Positions 30,648 through 42,624 are shown, numbered from the stretch's first letter. The stretch is DNA of 64,000 nt from Spartobacteria bacterium (GCA_009930475.1 RZYC01000001.1:96410-160409); one strand, 5' to 3'. Notes: generated from the letters alone by a model not told the origin. Program-made: numbers and translations.

Positions 30648-31647
30648 GCCCTCCTCCCGCATACGCGTTCTTGCTTTATTTCTGCTGCGGGCACTGATTG
30701 GCGGCGGAGCCCTGTGGTGGCTCATGACCAAAGTGGATTTCGACGAACTGCGAACGGTCGCGGTCTACGCCTGGACGCATCCGGGATACTGGGTGGGAGC
30801 ACTGCTGGTTGCCTTTTGCGGACTATGCTGCGGTTGTGTGCGCTGGTTTGTTATTTTGCAGCGACTCCGCTTTTCTATTTCCTTCGGTGTGGTATTCCGC
30901 ACCTTTTTTATCGGCCTGTTTTTTAACGCATTTATGCCCGGAGGGTGCGGCGGCGACTTCGTGAGAGCCTATTATATTGCTGGGCGTTGCGAAAAACGCC
31001 GGACAACGGCGGTCGCCTCCGTCTTTCTTGATCGGGCCATCGGCTTAGCAGTGACCCTGCTGGTGGCACTGGGCATGACCCTGCTTTATACATCCTTTCT
31101 GTGGAACAGCGGAAGAGGCGGACATCTCATTTTATATACCATCACAGGCTTAGCCGGAGCAGGAATAGCCAGCTTCATTGTGCTTTGCTTTATTCCCGGC
31201 TTTTTTTTGAGGTGGACACCATTTAATCACGGGCTTTACCAAATGGTGCTGCAGATTTGCGACACACTGAACAGCATCCGCAACGACCCTCGCGGTATTG
31301 CATTATACGTATTTTTGTCGCTGGCCAATCTGCTATTTTTGACAGGATCCTGTTATCTGTTTGGAATCAGTTTACGTATGGACGCTACGTTTATAGCCTA
31401 TTTACGTTTTTTCCCCGTCATCACCGTACTAACAGCGATCCCTATCACGCCGGGGGGAATAGGGATCCGTGAAGCCTTGTTTGCAAACCTCTTTCGCCGG
31501 GTAGGCATATCGATAGCGACTGCAACCACCCTGTCATTATTTGTCTATGTGGGCGGATTGCTCCTCAGTCTTTTGGGCGGACTGCTCTATCTTTTCAAAC
31601 CATTCGACCGGCGCACACCATTTGACACATCTCTCGAACAGCGATGA
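30619..31647 (+). CDS. Flippase-like / lysylphosphatidylglycerol-synthase transmembrane-region family protein (UPF0104)
   Basis: Polytopic membrane protein beginning WWLMTKVDFDEL. The start was chosen at the internal ATG at 30619, because the longer ORF from 30352 would overlap the epimerase gene by about 300 bp. Confidence 0.5.
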   Translation: MTISASRTTKPSSRIRVLALFLLRALIGGGALWWLMTKVDFDELRTVAVYAWTHPGYWVGALLVAFCGLCCGCVRWFVILQRLRFSISFGVVFRTFFIGLFFNAFMPGGCGGDFVRAYYIAGRCEKRRTTAVASVFLDRAIGLAVTLLVALGMTLLYTSFLWNSGRGGHLILYTITGLAGAGIASFIVLCFIPGFFLRWTPFNHGLYQMVLQICDTLNSIRNDPRGIALYVFLSLANLLFLTGSCYLFGISLRMDATFIAYLRFFPVITVLTAIPITPGGIGIREALFANLFRRVGISIATATTLSLFVYVGGLLLSLLGGLLYLFKPFDRRTPFDTSLEQR

Positions 31648-31651
31648 AAGG

Positions 31652-32008
31652 TCAGTCGTCTTCATAGAGTTCGTTAATTTCATCCCACGCATCGGGATCT
31701 CCCGTTCTCAACCTGCAAAGCAGCAGGTAATGGTAAAGCAGCAGATTCAAATGATTCAGCTTAATTTTATCCGCCGGAGCATCCATGCGAACATCCGCCA
31801 TCACCTCATTGTCAGATAAGGCGACAATCCGCTCGAATTCGTTGCTGATATCTTCCGCACGCATGGTAAAAAATGACGGGGTATCAAAAAGCAGTATGGG
31901 GGTGTAATTCATACCTCTCAAATCGGAGGCTGTAGAGATAATGTGCTCTTCATCCGCATCCGGGGGAATTTGTTTCAGGCGTCCCCGCAGTTCCTCCATC
32001 GTATTCAT
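31652..32008 (-). CDS. Hypothetical protein (118 aa, acidic)
   Basis: Open frame only. Confidence 0.3.
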   Translation of the reverse strand: MNTMEELRGRLKQIPPDADEEHIISTASDLRGMNYTPILLFDTPSFFTMRAEDISNEFERIVALSDNEVMADVRMDAPADKIKLNHLNLLLYHYLLLCRLRTGDPDAWDEINELYEDD

Positions 32009-32140
32009 TATGAACTCCTATTTCACATTTAACTGGGCGGGAGAGTCATTCTCCTTCGACTGTCTTATTCTAAATCGGACATCTGATATGCTCAAATGAA
32101 TTCGTGAACTTTCGCTCTGGACAGAGCAATAGTACACCAT

Positions 32141-32897
32141 ATGAATACGCCCATTATGCTTTTGAAGTGGACTGGTGGCGGTTCAGAGGCTACCAGCGGT
32201 ATGCAGGTGCCACCCGGACATCGCGAATGTATTCATAATAAAGAATATCATGAAGTGGGAATCAGTGTTCTTCAGGGATCAAAGACAAGTGGAGATGAAA
32301 CAGCAGGTCCCTGGCTCGTCACTGAAGATTTTGCCAGCAGCTCGGAGTCTCATGCCTTTATTTGCGGGGTCGCCTATCGTGACAGCAATAATAACAACTT
32401 CTATGATGTGGGGGAGGGGCTTGGTTCGGTCACGGTAACGGTTGCCGGTGTCACGGCCACGGGAATATCCAGTGCCTCAGGTGCCTATGCCGTACCTGTC
32501 AGTGCCAATGGCTCCTATACCGTCAGCTTCAAACGCTCCGATCTTCCCAGCTACAGCACCAGTGCAACCATCGCCGACGCCAATAATGTAAAAGTTGATT
32601 ATGCCTAGGACGGCACCGAGCCTATTCCTGTAATCCAGACACAGCCTGCATCCGCTACCAACAATTACGGTTTTGATGCAACCATCAGCAGCTCTATTGC
32701 CAGCGAATCAACACTGTATATCCAATGGCAAAGAATGTATCGACGAATTTTTCCTTTGTCGGGTATTTTGACCAGGCTGTTGAATACGCGTTAGAGGACA
32801 ATATTGCCCATGGCGAAGTTACGGGCGAGCAGCCAAGCATGACCTATACACCAACCACTGACTTTGTCGGCAGTGATTTCTTTACCTACGGACTGTG
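32141..32897 (+). pseudogene. Fragmented surface/adhesin-like gene (SdrD-B/Cna-B-like repeat, then an Ig-like C-terminal piece in another frame)
   Basis: ORF 32141..32608 contains DSNNNNFYDVGEGLGSVTVTVAGV, an SdrD B-like repeat. A different frame up to 32897 reads ...GEVTGEQPSMTYTPTTDFVGSDFFTYGL*, which is a Big/VCBS-like strand motif. There is no single intact frame. Confidence 0.35.
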
Positions 32898-32936
32898 ATT
32901 CGACTCAAAACACACATATTAGCCGCTTCTAAAAAT

Positions 32937-32999
32937 ATTCCAATGATTGGAACTTTATAATCACCTGTATGGGTGTAAGTTCCAATGATTGGAACTTTT
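32937..32999. repeat. REP-like palindrome array P1 (2 copies of the AAAGTTCCAATNATTGGAACTTT family)
   Basis: attccaatgattggaacttt at 32937..32956 and aagttccaatgattggaactttt at 32977..32999. Confidence 0.7.
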
Positions 33000-33204
33000 A
33001 TTTTACAACAGATACGTCGTTATAGTGACAGGCTATTTATATTTATATTGAATATAAGTCAGACTATTAATACTTTTCTTATTTCATATATGGACGTAAC
33101 CGATAAAATGAACGGTTTGAGCTGGGTTATGGATTTGCTGATTTGAAAGTCACTGCTTTCCCTTCAGGGAAAGCAGTCTTCGTCTGATGACGATTAAGGG
33201 AGTC

Positions 33205-35274
33205 TTATTTTATCAGGAAAATGCGGCCTTCTAGAGGGGCAAGGGTGAGGTTAATTTGACCTGTTTCGGATAGTGCAGAGAACTGGATATCCTGTATGAT
33301 ATCGGTCACTCTTTGGCCGGCCTGATCGGGGAAATGCAATGTTTCATGGGCGGTTTGAAAGCCGAAGTTGAGGGCGGTGAGCTGCAGTCCCTGCTGATCG
33401 GGCAGTTCATTGAGCAAGACGACCACACCTCGATCCGTTGTTTCCGGACGCGGCCGGCTGGTGGAGCGATCAATGTTGTATTTTTTTCTGACGGACAATA
33501 TACGCCGCAGCTGACGGACAAAAGAACGGGGCTGCGTCAGCTGTTCGGTAATGGTTCCGTAAAGATTTTTTGCCACTGGTAAGCCATCGCGTGAGGCAGT
33601 GCACGACGGGTTGCTTCCCAGTAGATCATAGGCCCCGCGATTCACCCAGCGAGTATCGCCATCGGCTACTAATTCGGGAATAGATTCGACCGGCAGGGGC
33701 AGGGCACCCACCAGATCCCAGCCGGAAAGATTGAATATACCGGGCTGCATGGAATTGAACAACACCAGCAGCAGATGCGCTTTCATAATTTCAGCAGTCT
33801 GTTCGGCATCCATATTCCATATATCCGTTATGCCGAGACGGGTTCCCGCCAGACCGGTCAATGTGGTGCACAGGCCATTTCCTGAAAGATGGTTGTATGG
33901 AGTTTTCGGAGAAATGGCTTTTTGTTCCATTTCGGTGCGAATACGTGTTCGCAGTGCGTCTCCGGTGAGGGTTTCTCCGTCGTATTCGAACGTTTCGTCA
34001 GCATGAACGATGAAATGAACCAGTTCGTAGGTGATTTCGTCGTGATTCTGCATACTGTGGATGAGTCGAGCTGGTCTGATGCCCATACGCAGCATAAAAT
34101 CGAGCATAAATTTGAGGAAGGTGGCATCGCCGGTGAGCAGGGCATGCTGAACGGCCGGCCGGGTGATAAAATCGTAAGAAAAGTCCGGTCCGGCATCGCT
34201 GAACCGTTTAATTTCTTCGAGACTCATATTGAGTTCCTGGAAGGACCAGCCGCCAAAACGGCGTACCTGCCAGGCAATTTGTTCACTGGCCATCACGGCC
34301 AGGGGATGGCACTCGGAGGTAGCAATACGACTGCCGGGTTTTCTTTCAATGCCAAGAAAAGGATTGGCATCAAGACGCACAGCGCAAGCACCGAGATCCT
34401 GAATGGTTTTAATCACATCCCCCATCACAATACGTGATGCGCCGCCAGACGGATCCATCCAGTTCATCGTGGGTTGACCGGATTTGAAAAAGTGGAGATA
34501 GACCCAGCGTCGGCGTACTCCGTCCACCCCTGTAATGATCCCTGTCGCATCCCAGCCCGACGGGGAAATGTCTGATCCCGGATTTGAAAAAAGTACGCGC
34601 TGGAGCCGACCGGGAAGATAGCCCTTTTCCGTGAACAGATCGACGGTTTCAAAAGGCAGATTCACCGAATCCCATTCGTCATTCACTTCAGGAAGCAATG
34701 ACCAGTCGCTTTCAGGAATATTGATCATGACATAAATACCGCTGTATTCCTTATGATGTCGTGCCGCGAGCCGGAAATCCGGCCCTTTTCCCGTATGTCC
34801 GGGCACCAGATCACCGGCGATGATCCCGCCATGCTGTGCGGCCGTTTTGACCAGATGTTTGTATTCCTCTTCTGTCCCGAACGCGGAATCAATCTGCAGC
34901 GAAATTCGGTCAAACCATCCATCCACTGTTGGCGTAAACGTATCGTCACGCCATCCGCCCGCCTTTTTCATCGGACCGGTATGCAAGGCTTCAATGCCGA
35001 CGTTGGAAAAAGCCTGCCACAAGGATTCAGTGCCGAGATATCCGAGCAGGCTCTGTTCCTCTTCCGTAATCATGGATACCGGATAAACACTAAACCATAC
35101 CGAGGCGCGTTCCAGCAATGCTTCGTGACGGGGTGTCGAATAGGTATTTTTCCAGAGGGTGGGCTGGGCAGCATATTTTTCACATAAACAGCTCGCCTGA
35201 TAAAGCATCGAATGATCTTCCAGCCATTGCATTATATTTTCTTTCATAGGGATCCCTTTAAAAGATTTGTTCAT
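33205..35274 (-). CDS. GH13-family glycoside hydrolase/transglycosidase (alpha-amylase superfamily; trehalose-synthase- or sucrose-phosphorylase-like)
   Basis: Region II-like [10 protein letters not shown] and region IV-like QNHDE motifs. 689 aa. Confidence 0.6.
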   Translation of the reverse strand: MNKSFKGIPMKENIMQWLEDHSMLYQASCLCEKYAAQPTLWKNTYSTPRHEALLERASVWFSVYPVSMITEEEQSLLGYLGTESLWQAFSNVGIEALHTGPMKKAGGWRDDTFTPTVDGWFDRISLQIDSAFGTEEEYKHLVKTAAQHGGIIAGDLVPGHTGKGPDFRLAARHHKEYSGIYVMINIPESDWSLLPEVNDEWDSVNLPFETVDLFTEKGYLPGRLQRVLFSNPGSDISPSGWDATGIITGVDGVRRRWVYLHFFKSGQPTMNWMDPSGGASRIVMGDVIKTIQDLGACAVRLDANPFLGIERKPGSRIATSECHPLAVMASEQIAWQVRRFGGWSFQELNMSLEEIKRFSDAGPDFSYDFITRPAVQHALLTGDATFLKFMLDFMLRMGIRPARLIHSMQNHDEITYELVHFIVHADETFEYDGETLTGDALRTRIRTEMEQKAISPKTPYNHLSGNGLCTTLTGLAGTRLGITDIWNMDAEQTAEIMKAHLLLVLFNSMQPGIFNLSGWDLVGALPLPVESIPELVADGDTRWVNRGAYDLLGSNPSCTASRDGLPVAKNLYGTITEQLTQPRSFVRQLRRILSVRKKYNIDRSTSRPRPETTDRGVVVLLNELPDQQGLQLTALNFGFQTAHETLHFPDQAGQRVTDIIQDIQFSALSETGQINLTLAPLEGRIFLIK

Positions 35275-38041
35275 CGATTAAAAGAAGGTCACCGATATCC
35301 TTCTCTTCGTTCATTAATGCCAACTGAGGCGTGTCTTCGCCTTCCGAGCGTTCATCCAGACGAAATTCACTGATCAGCGTTTTTACTTTACCCGATTGAA
35401 CACCAAGCTCTAAAACGGATGAGGCTGTTTCTTCAGCATGGGCGGTATTCTGCTGGGTAACCTCATCGAGCTGGCTTAATCCGATATTGATTTGCGATAT
35501 TCCTTCGGCCTGTTCTGTAGATGCATCTGCAATTTCTCCTACCAGCTGCGCCGTTTTTTCAATGCTTGAAAAAATGTCATCAAAGGATTCTGTCGTACTC
35601 ACAGCAACCGCTACCCCGTTTTTGATTTTCCTATCTGATTCCTCAATGAGTACGGCTGTTTCCGCGGCCGCTTTGGCACTGCGTCCAGCCAAATTACGAA
35701 CTTCATCGGCTACAACGGCGAACCCCTTGCCATGTATACCGGCTCGAGCTGCTTCGACAGCTGCATTCAGTGCAAGCAAGTTGGTTTGAAAGGCGATACC
35801 ATCGATGGTTTTCATAATATGAGCAATCTGCTGGCTTGACTGATTAATTTCAGTCATCGCACTCATCATCTGCTCCATCTGGCTGCGGCCTTTATCTGAC
35901 GCATCTCTGGCATGCACAGCCAGCTCGCGAGCCGCTGAAGCACTGCGGGCATTGCCTTTGGTCTGAGTGGCGATTTCTGTTACAGAGCTTGAAATCTCCT
36001 CAAGTGATGAGGCCTGATGTGTGGCGGCATCCGACACAGCGGTGCTGGCTACAGATATCTGCGTGAAACCCTCTTCGACCTTTTCTACGCCATTCCGGAT
36101 ACCCGTCATATTCCGACTCAGGTGTTTCAGTGATAACGAAAGCGTATCAGCCAGCTGATTAAACGTCTGTTCCGTTTCACGAACCCACTCATCGCCTTCA
36201 GGCACGTCAAAAAACACCGTAAGATCACCCTCTGCCAGCTGCGTCAGACATTCCGTGAGTTTTTGCACGGCACGATTCTGATATTCAGCCGTTCGCCGGC
36301 TTTTTTCCATGGACTGCTTCAGACTGGTCTGGTCAATCAGAATTTCAAAACAGCCGGTCAGGTCACCATTAGAAGCGTGCAGTGCCGCACTGACCGCATG
36401 CATGCTGTACTGTTTTCCATGGCTACAGCACGAAAGATCTGTCGTCTGGACTTCAGACGTGTTCATGGCTATGGCACAAGGACAGCGTTCCCTGTCGTTA
36501 CACAGTGCTGTATTCCACAGAGTGCCACAAGCCGCTCCATCCACGTCAGCCGACTTCACATGCAGCATATCCTGAGCGGCACGGTTGAGGAACTGCACCT
36601 GGAATTCCGGATCCATAAACTGCAGCGGCATCGGAATATTATCCAGACAAACCACAATCGAATCAAGGGTCGCGTTCACCCCTTCCAGTAAATTACGATA
36701 GGCACCGTTCAATTGGGAAAGATCGCCTCTTGTACGCAATCTGCCATGAATAGCGGCCACGGCCAGCTGCTGTGACGAATCAACCAGTCCGTTGATGGTA
36801 TCTATCAAAACATTCAGATTGATATTCAGCGTGTTAAAATCACCATTATATTCTTCCGTAATCCGAGGGGGAATATCGCCTTTACTGATACGGTCAATAC
36901 ATTCTGCGGCACAGGACAACGGCTGAACGACCGATTCAAACATCGCATTCACCCCTTCAACAATGGTGCGAAAATCACCTTCATGCCGGGCTGTATCGGC
37001 CCGGACATCGAGACGGCCTTCTGCGGCGGCATGGACGAGGACATCAATAGCACTTACCATATGCCGGATTTCCTGCTCCATCTTTTTAAAGGCCAACCCA
37101 AGAACATCGCGATCCGAAACCTCTGCAATCTCTTTCGTCAAATCTCCGCAGGCAATAGCCTCTGCAACTTCGGCTTTGTTACGCTGGCTGATAACCAGAT
37201 TTCGTATTGATTCACCCAGTTCTTTTATTTCGTCATGCCGTTTCAGCAGTTTCTGCGGCACCTCAATCGATACATCCCCCTGTGCGGCAGCATTGAGTAA
37301 CTGAACCGATATGCCCAGCGGCCGGGTGATAGAAAAAGCTAATGAAATCCCAATAAACAGACCGGTCAAACACCCCGCCACAGAAGCCCCTTTGATCAGC
37401 GTTCCGGCTATGGCTTTCTGCTTATTTGTCGCATCAGTGCTCTTCTGGATACTGTTTTGAATATCAGAGACCATCTGCTCGATAATACGAGCGGTATCGT
37501 AATAACTGGTAAGCGCTTTTTGCGAGGCAGATCCTGATTTTCTTTCATTGCGGCTAACCTTGCTGGATGTCTCTTTTACATTATTATAAACCATTTCATC
37601 ACGTTCCAGCGCAAGCTCACGAACCTGACTGTGATTTTTAAGCCAGAAATCCCATGCTTTAGAAAGTTTTGCGATCGATTCTGACTGAGCTGATGAGGCG
37701 GCTACAGCATTCAATGCGTCCCATGCCGCCTTTGCCCGGGCCAGTGCCTTATCTATATTTTCATATTGAACTTCACGCAGCATCCGGTTCAGCTTGCGGC
37801 GATCGGTGAGGGAACGTTCGCCTGCCAGAACGGCGGTCTGCGCCTCTCTGATCGTTAAAATGGAGGTGAGTTCCGGTACATTCACCGTCGCCAGATAATC
37901 AGCACGTTCTCCGATATCTGTTGCCGCTTTAAAACCGACAATGCCGACAATAAGAATAATCAAACTGATACCTGCAAAACCGCCGATGAGCTTGGCTCGA
38001 ATCGCCGGATGCCATATTTTGGGAACCCGCCATTTTTTCAT
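35258..38041 (-). CDS. Methyl-accepting chemotaxis protein with HAMP, PAS and a C-terminal MCP signalling domain
   Basis: TM helix, HAMP repeats, a PAS region and a highly conserved MCP domain ([19 protein letters not shown]...). The start was set to MKKW (38041); the longer ORF to 38101 merely translates the palindromic repeats (PMIGTF). Confidence 0.8.
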   Translation of the reverse strand: MKKWRVPKIWHPAIRAKLIGGFAGISLIILIVGIVGFKAATDIGERADYLATVNVPELTSILTIREAQTAVLAGERSLTDRRKLNRMLREVQYENIDKALARAKAAWDALNAVAASSAQSESIAKLSKAWDFWLKNHSQVRELALERDEMVYNNVKETSSKVSRNERKSGSASQKALTSYYDTARIIEQMVSDIQNSIQKSTDATNKQKAIAGTLIKGASVAGCLTGLFIGISLAFSITRPLGISVQLLNAAAQGDVSIEVPQKLLKRHDEIKELGESIRNLVISQRNKAEVAEAIACGDLTKEIAEVSDRDVLGLAFKKMEQEIRHMVSAIDVLVHAAAEGRLDVRADTARHEGDFRTIVEGVNAMFESVVQPLSCAAECIDRISKGDIPPRITEEYNGDFNTLNINLNVLIDTINGLVDSSQQLAVAAIHGRLRTRGDLSQLNGAYRNLLEGVNATLDSIVVCLDNIPMPLQFMDPEFQVQFLNRAAQDMLHVKSADVDGAACGTLWNTALCNDRERCPCAIAMNTSEVQTTDLSCCSHGKQYSMHAVSAALHASNGDLTGCFEILIDQTSLKQSMEKSRRTAEYQNRAVQKLTECLTQLAEGDLTVFFDVPEGDEWVRETEQTFNQLADTLSLSLKHLSRNMTGIRNGVEKVEEGFTQISVASTAVSDAATHQASSLEEISSSVTEIATQTKGNARSASAARELAVHARDASDKGRSQMEQMMSAMTEINQSSQQIAHIMKTIDGIAFQTNLLALNAAVEAARAGIHGKGFAVVADEVRNLAGRSAKAAAETAVLIEESDRKIKNGVAVAVSTTESFDDIFSSIEKTAQLVGEIADASTEQAEGISQINIGLSQLDEVTQQNTAHAEETASSVLELGVQSGKVKTLISEFRLDERSEGEDTPQLALMNEEKDIGDLLLIDEQIF

Positions 38042-38060
38042 GAAAACAACCTCAACTCTA

Positions 38061-38147
38061 AAAGTTCCAATCATTGGAAGTTTATTTTGAATACGTTCCA
38101 ATCATTGGAACTTTATTTTGGAAAAGTTCCAGTCATTGGAACTTTTA
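38061..38147. repeat. REP-like palindrome array P1 (3 copies)
   Basis: aaagttccaatcattggaagttt, gttccaatcattggaacttt and aagttccagtcattggaactttt, spaced at about 30 bp between the SBP gene end and the MCP start. Confidence 0.7.
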
Positions 38148-38164
38148 TTCAGTGTGAGAAATGT

Positions 38165-38192
38165 CCCGGGAGATCGTCGCCCATCTCCCGGG
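38165..38192 (-). terminator. GC-rich hairpin downstream of the ABC-transporter SBP gene (terminator or stabiliser-like)
   Basis: Perfect 10-bp inverted repeat CCCGGGAGAT-cgtcgccc-ATCTCCCGGG, followed by a weak U tract. Confidence 0.4.
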
Positions 38193-38209
38193 ATCGGGAG
38201 GTATGAGTA

Positions 38210-39499
38210 TTAGTCTTTGATATCGTAGTCTGTTATTTCCTGAATATCATCAGAAACATCGGCCAGCGCAGCGTCTGCACTTTCTTCATTGTTCAGCACG
38301 GAATACACGCCCTGATAAAAGGCCTGCGAAACCTTTGCGTAGTTCGGCGCGGTCTGAGTGGAAGGCCGTGGAACAGCACTGGTGAAGACATCGTACAGTT
38401 CGCCGAAGAACGGGCTGGCAGCCAGAACGTCTTTGTCTTTGTACAATGCTTTAATCGTAGGATTGTAGGATCCTTCTACGGCACGAATTTTCTGTACTTT
38501 GGCACCTGTCAGATACAGGGCAACATCTGCGGCGACTTGAGGATCGGCGCTGTATTTGCTGACAGCGAGATTCCAGCCGCCGAGGGCGGCAGCATGACGT
38601 CCGTCTTTTCCGCCTTTGGGCAGCGGGCTGACGCCGAATTTGCCTTTGATCACAGAATTATCGGCATTACCCAGCGAATACGCATAGGGCCAGTTGCGCA
38701 TGAAGGCCGAATTTCCACCCTGCCAAATAGCGCGGGCACTTTCTTCCTGCATAGCAATGACACCGGCAGGAGAAATGGTTCCGACCCAGCTGGCAGCCAT
38801 TTTAATGGCTTTTTTCGCATTGTCGTTGTCCAGTGTGATTACTTTATCCGGGCTGACAATGGTTCCGCCGTTGTAGGATGCAATCCATTCCAGCGCATCA
38901 CAGGTCAGACCTTCATAGGCATCACCCTGCCAGACATAACCGACAAAGTCAGGATTTCCCGCTTCGCGTTCGCCATCCTGGATGGTTTGCGCGGCGGCGG
39001 TGAGCTCTTCCCATGTTTCAGGAACAGCCAGACCATATTTTTCCAGCAGATCTTTGCGATAGTACAGGAGACCGGCATCGGTGAACCATGGCATGGCCAC
39101 GAGTTTTCCATCAACCGTATTGTTTTCTACAATCGCTTTGAAGTGACCTTTCACCGCATCGCGGGCACCATACTGATACAGGTCGACCAGATGCTCAGCC
39201 AAATCACCGGGCCAGATTACATCGATCTGATATACATCAACTTTATCCGATTTTGCTTCGAGAAACTGCAGATAAAGTCCCAGACGATCAGAAGCGGAAT
39301 CCGGAGTATCCCAGACTTTGATTTCCACATCAGGATGATCCTTCATGTATTCTGCGGATACTTTTTTCAGAATTTCCAATTCCTGTCCAACCGCGCCGGA
39401 TGCGACGGTTACTGTTTTTTTGGCCGCAAATGCGGACATACCCAGTGCCAGTGCCATTGCTGCCGAAGCAATGATCGTTTTCTTTAACAGTGTATGCAT
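38210..39499 (-). CDS. Sugar ABC transporter substrate-binding protein (family 1 SBP)
   Basis: Signal peptide MHTLLKKTIIASAAMALALG... and SBP_bac_1-like body. The start was set at the internal ATG at 39499. Confidence 0.75.
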   Translation of the reverse strand: MHTLLKKTIIASAAMALALGMSAFAAKKTVTVASGAVGQELEILKKVSAEYMKDHPDVEIKVWDTPDSASDRLGLYLQFLEAKSDKVDVYQIDVIWPGDLAEHLVDLYQYGARDAVKGHFKAIVENNTVDGKLVAMPWFTDAGLLYYRKDLLEKYGLAVPETWEELTAAAQTIQDGEREAGNPDFVGYVWQGDAYEGLTCDALEWIASYNGGTIVSPDKVITLDNDNAKKAIKMAASWVGTISPAGVIAMQEESARAIWQGGNSAFMRNWPYAYSLGNADNSVIKGKFGVSPLPKGGKDGRHAAALGGWNLAVSKYSADPQVAADVALYLTGAKVQKIRAVEGSYNPTIKALYKDKDVLAASPFFGELYDVFTSAVPRPSTQTAPNYAKVSQAFYQGVYSVLNNEESADAALADVSDDIQEITDYDIKD

Positions 39500-39575
39500 A
39501 ACTATTGACTCCTGTTTCTTTTTGTTTCTAAAAGCCGCGCATGTCGACATGCTGCGGCTCTTGTTAAATGAATGA

Positions 39576-40442
39576 TTAACCTTTAACCGCACCGGAGGTC
39601 AGTCCGGCCACGATGCGACGCTGGAAGTAGAGAACCAGCAATATAATGGGTACTGTAACAATCACTGCAGCCGCCATGATTTCACCAAAGGGCTCCTGAC
39701 GTGCCACTGTTCCAGTGAACAGCGCTATGGCCACAGGAATGGTTCGTGCCGAGGGTTCGATCGCAGTGAACGTCAGTGCAAACAGATATTCGTTCCATGC
39801 CGCAATAAACGCCAGCAGCCCGGTCGTCACCATGGCCGGAGCCGTCAGAGGCAGCAGAATGTAACGGAATGTCTGAAACGATGTAGCCCCGTCCACCCGG
39901 CCTGACTGCAAGAGCTCTTCCGGCAGTTCCTTGAAAAAGGAGGTCAGCACCCAGGTGGTAAAGGGCAGCGTGAACAACATATATGATAAAATCATATTGG
40001 CTATGGCCGGCATCTGCAGCGCGGTGATCACCGCATACAGACCCGTCAACACCGTTACCTGCGGAAACATGGTCATCATCAGAATCACGTACAGCGAGAC
40101 TTTACGTCCTTTAAACCGTAGTTTTCCCAGCGCAAAGGCGGCGAAGGAGCCGACGCTCAAGGCCAGCATGGTGGTTCCTCCAGCAACAATGCAACTGTTG
40201 AGGAATCCCCGCAAAAACGTTTTGTCCGTAAAGATCGACTTGTAGTTTGCTAATGAAAACCGGATCGCTCCGGTATCCGCATCACGCGGCATAACGGTGG
40301 CCGGCACCATCTGGAGCTGCGATTCGTCTTTGAAAGAGGAACTGAGTGCCCACAAAAAGGGGAACAGCATATAAAACGCCACCAGTAGCACACCGATATA
40401 CAGGCATATCGTCCCGAGTCTCTTTTTTTGCTGTTTATTCAT
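39576..40442 (-). CDS. Sugar ABC transporter permease (MalG-like)
   Basis: Six TM helices and the EAA-loop ...DGATSFQTFRYILLP. Confidence 0.8.
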   Translation of the reverse strand: MNKQQKKRLGTICLYIGVLLVAFYMLFPFLWALSSSFKDESQLQMVPATVMPRDADTGAIRFSLANYKSIFTDKTFLRGFLNSCIVAGGTTMLALSVGSFAAFALGKLRFKGRKVSLYVILMMTMFPQVTVLTGLYAVITALQMPAIANMILSYMLFTLPFTTWVLTSFFKELPEELLQSGRVDGATSFQTFRYILLPLTAPAMVTTGLLAFIAAWNEYLFALTFTAIEPSARTIPVAIALFTGTVARQEPFGEIMAAAVIVTVPIILLVLYFQRRIVAGLTSGAVKG

Positions 40443-40443
40443 T

Positions 40444-41478
40444 TTATGACTCCACCTTGAGAATTTTCATATAGGACAATGCAAAACCGAATATCAGAAT
40501 GAAAATGATCACTCCAATCGCCGAGGCCATCCCCATATCCTGAAACTTGATCAGCTGCGTGTAATTGTATGTCGCCATGGAATAACGCCGATCGGCTAAC
40601 ATGACCTGAAACACATCAAATACCCTCAGTGAATCCAGCGTCCGGAAAATAAGTGCCACAGCAATGGTCGGTTTCAGCAACGGCAGGGTAATGGCAAAAA
40701 ACTGCTTCGTTTTTGTGGCACCATCCACCCGGGCCGCCTCATACAGCGGTCCCGGAATCGTCTGTAACCCGGCCAGCAGCAGCAGTGCCATAAACGGTGC
40801 GGTCTTCCAGACATCCACAGCAATCATGGCCGGCATCTGCAGGCTGGGCGTGGTCAGAAAGGAAAGCTGTCCGTCACTCAGTCCCGTTGCATCCATAATC
40901 ATATTGAAGAGCCCGGTCCGGTTGGAGCGGAACATCCATTCCCAAATACGCGCGCTCACCACGGTGATGACCGCCCAGGGAATGAGCATGACCGCCCGCA
41001 TCGGTCCCTTTCCTTTGAAATTGGAATTCACCACCAACGCGATGCCCATACCGATCAGCAGTTCCAGAAATACCGACCAGAAAGTAAAGACCAGCGTATT
41101 GCCGACGGAATACAGAAATTCACGATCGGATGCGCCGACAATATACCAGTTGTCGCCAATATTAAACCGTGTCAGCTCTTTGTACCGGATCGGTTCACGC
41201 GGCAGCACCTTGCGTGCCCGCTGATCAGGACTTTCGAGTTTTTTCACGGTGACAGACAGCAACTTTTTGTAGTTCTCAAATCCCACAAATTCCGTTTTCT
41301 GCGATGACGCAAATTTGGCATTGGTGAAACTGGAGTACACCACATTACAGAGTGGATACGCGGCAATAATAATCAGTATGAGCAGACTGGGAACCAGCAG
41401 CTTATAGGCCAGCCGCTGTTCCCGCTGGGCTACTGTCTGTGCCTTTAATCCAGGAAAAAGTTTGGTTAATAAATTCAT
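40444..41478 (-). CDS. Sugar ABC transporter permease (MalF-like)
   Basis: EAA motif EAARVDGATKTKQFFAITLP in a polytopic protein. Confidence 0.8.
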   Translation of the reverse strand: MNLLTKLFPGLKAQTVAQREQRLAYKLLVPSLLILIIIAAYPLCNVVYSSFTNAKFASSQKTEFVGFENYKKLLSVTVKKLESPDQRARKVLPREPIRYKELTRFNIGDNWYIVGASDREFLYSVGNTLVFTFWSVFLELLIGMGIALVVNSNFKGKGPMRAVMLIPWAVITVVSARIWEWMFRSNRTGLFNMIMDATGLSDGQLSFLTTPSLQMPAMIAVDVWKTAPFMALLLLAGLQTIPGPLYEAARVDGATKTKQFFAITLPLLKPTIAVALIFRTLDSLRVFDVFQVMLADRRYSMATYNYTQLIKFQDMGMASAIGVIIFILIFGFALSYMKILKVES

Positions 41479-41487
41479 GGCATACCC

Positions 41488-42624
41488 CTACAGACTGATG
41501 TTTTCTTCACTCTGATAATCGAAGATGTGGCAGCGGCTCATGTCGTACCAGAAATCATAATTGATCCCATGACGTAAATCGCCCATGTTCTCCGCAGGTA
41601 TACGCGAAGTAAAATCGACCCCTTTAGCAGAAAAATGCGCATAGACTTCGTTGCCCATCTGTTCCACCACGATGACTTTTCCCTGCAGATAATTATCTTT
41701 CTCATGCGGACGCATCGTCCGGTTCATGATGTGTTCCGGACGAATGCCAAACCATATCTTGCGGCCCACATGGCTTTTCATTTTGGCGGCTTTTTCTTCC
41801 GGCAGCACCATCTCAAAATCACCTGATTTGACCATCAGCTGACCTTTGATATTGATGATCTGGGCTTCAATCAAATTCATGCCCGGTGATCCAATGAATC
41901 CTGCTACAAACTTATTGGCCGGACAGTTATAAAGCATCAGCGGCGTATCAACCTGACGAATATGACCAAATTCTAAAACACAGATCCGATCCGCCATGGT
42001 CATCGCTTCCACCTGATCATGGGTTACATAAACCATGGTGGCTGTTCTCTTTTTTGCTTTCATCTCCTGATGCAGCTGCAGAATGCGCAGGCGCATGGAT
42101 ACACGCAGTTTCGCATCCAGATTCGATAGCGGTTCATCAAAAAGAAAGACTTCCGGATGACGTACAATCGCACGCCCCATGGCCACACGCTGTCGCTGAC
42201 CGCCGGACATTTCTTTGGGTTTTCTCGGAAGCAGCGGTGTCAATTCCAGCAGTTCTGCCGCTTCGCGAACCCGTTGATCAATCTCGTCTTTCGGAACTTT
42301 TTGGATTTTCAACCCAAATGCAATGTTGTCGTATACATTCATATGGGGGTACAGTGCGTAGTTCTGGAAAACCATAGCGATACCACGATCTTTCGGTTCC
42401 AGATCATTGACTACTTTGTTGCCGATAAGCACTTCGCCGCCCGTTATTTCTTCCAGTCCAGCAATCATGCGCAATACCGTTGATTTTGCACAGCCCGAAG
42501 GACCGACAAACACCATGAATTCTCCGTCATTAATATGCAAGTCTATGCCATGCACTGCTTTGAATCCGTTCGGATAGGTCTTTTCCAATTTACTAAGGAT
42601 CACATCAGCCATAATATCCTCCAC
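41488..42624 (-). CDS. Sugar ABC transporter ATP-binding protein (MalK/UgpC/MsmK-like)
   Basis: Walker [10 protein letters not shown], signature [14 protein letters not shown] and Walker [12 protein letters not shown], plus a C-terminal TOBE regulatory domain. Confidence 0.85.
   Translation of the reverse strand: MEDIMADVILSKLEKTYPNGFKAVHGIDLHINDGEFMVFVGPSGCAKSTVLRMIAGLEEITGGEVLIGNKVVNDLEPKDRGIAMVFQNYALYPHMNVYDNIAFGLKIQKVPKDEIDQRVREAAELLELTPLLPRKPKEMSGGQRQRVAMGRAIVRHPEVFLFDEPLSNLDAKLRVSMRLRILQLHQEMKAKKRTATMVYVTHDQVEAMTMADRICVLEFGHIRQVDTPLMLYNCPANKFVAGFIGSPGMNLIEAQIINIKGQLMVKSGDFEMVLPEEKAAKMKSHVGRKIWFGIRPEHIMNRTMRPHEKDNYLQGKVIVVEQMGNEVYAHFSAKGVDFTSRIPAENMGDLRHGINYDFWYDMSRCHIFDYQSEENISL

Noticed and set aside
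38042-38101. 20-codon N-terminal extension of the chemoreceptor ORF ([20 protein letters not shown])
   Set aside because: This stretch translates the P1 palindromes. The true start is more plausibly MKKW at 38041, which is preceded by GAGG.
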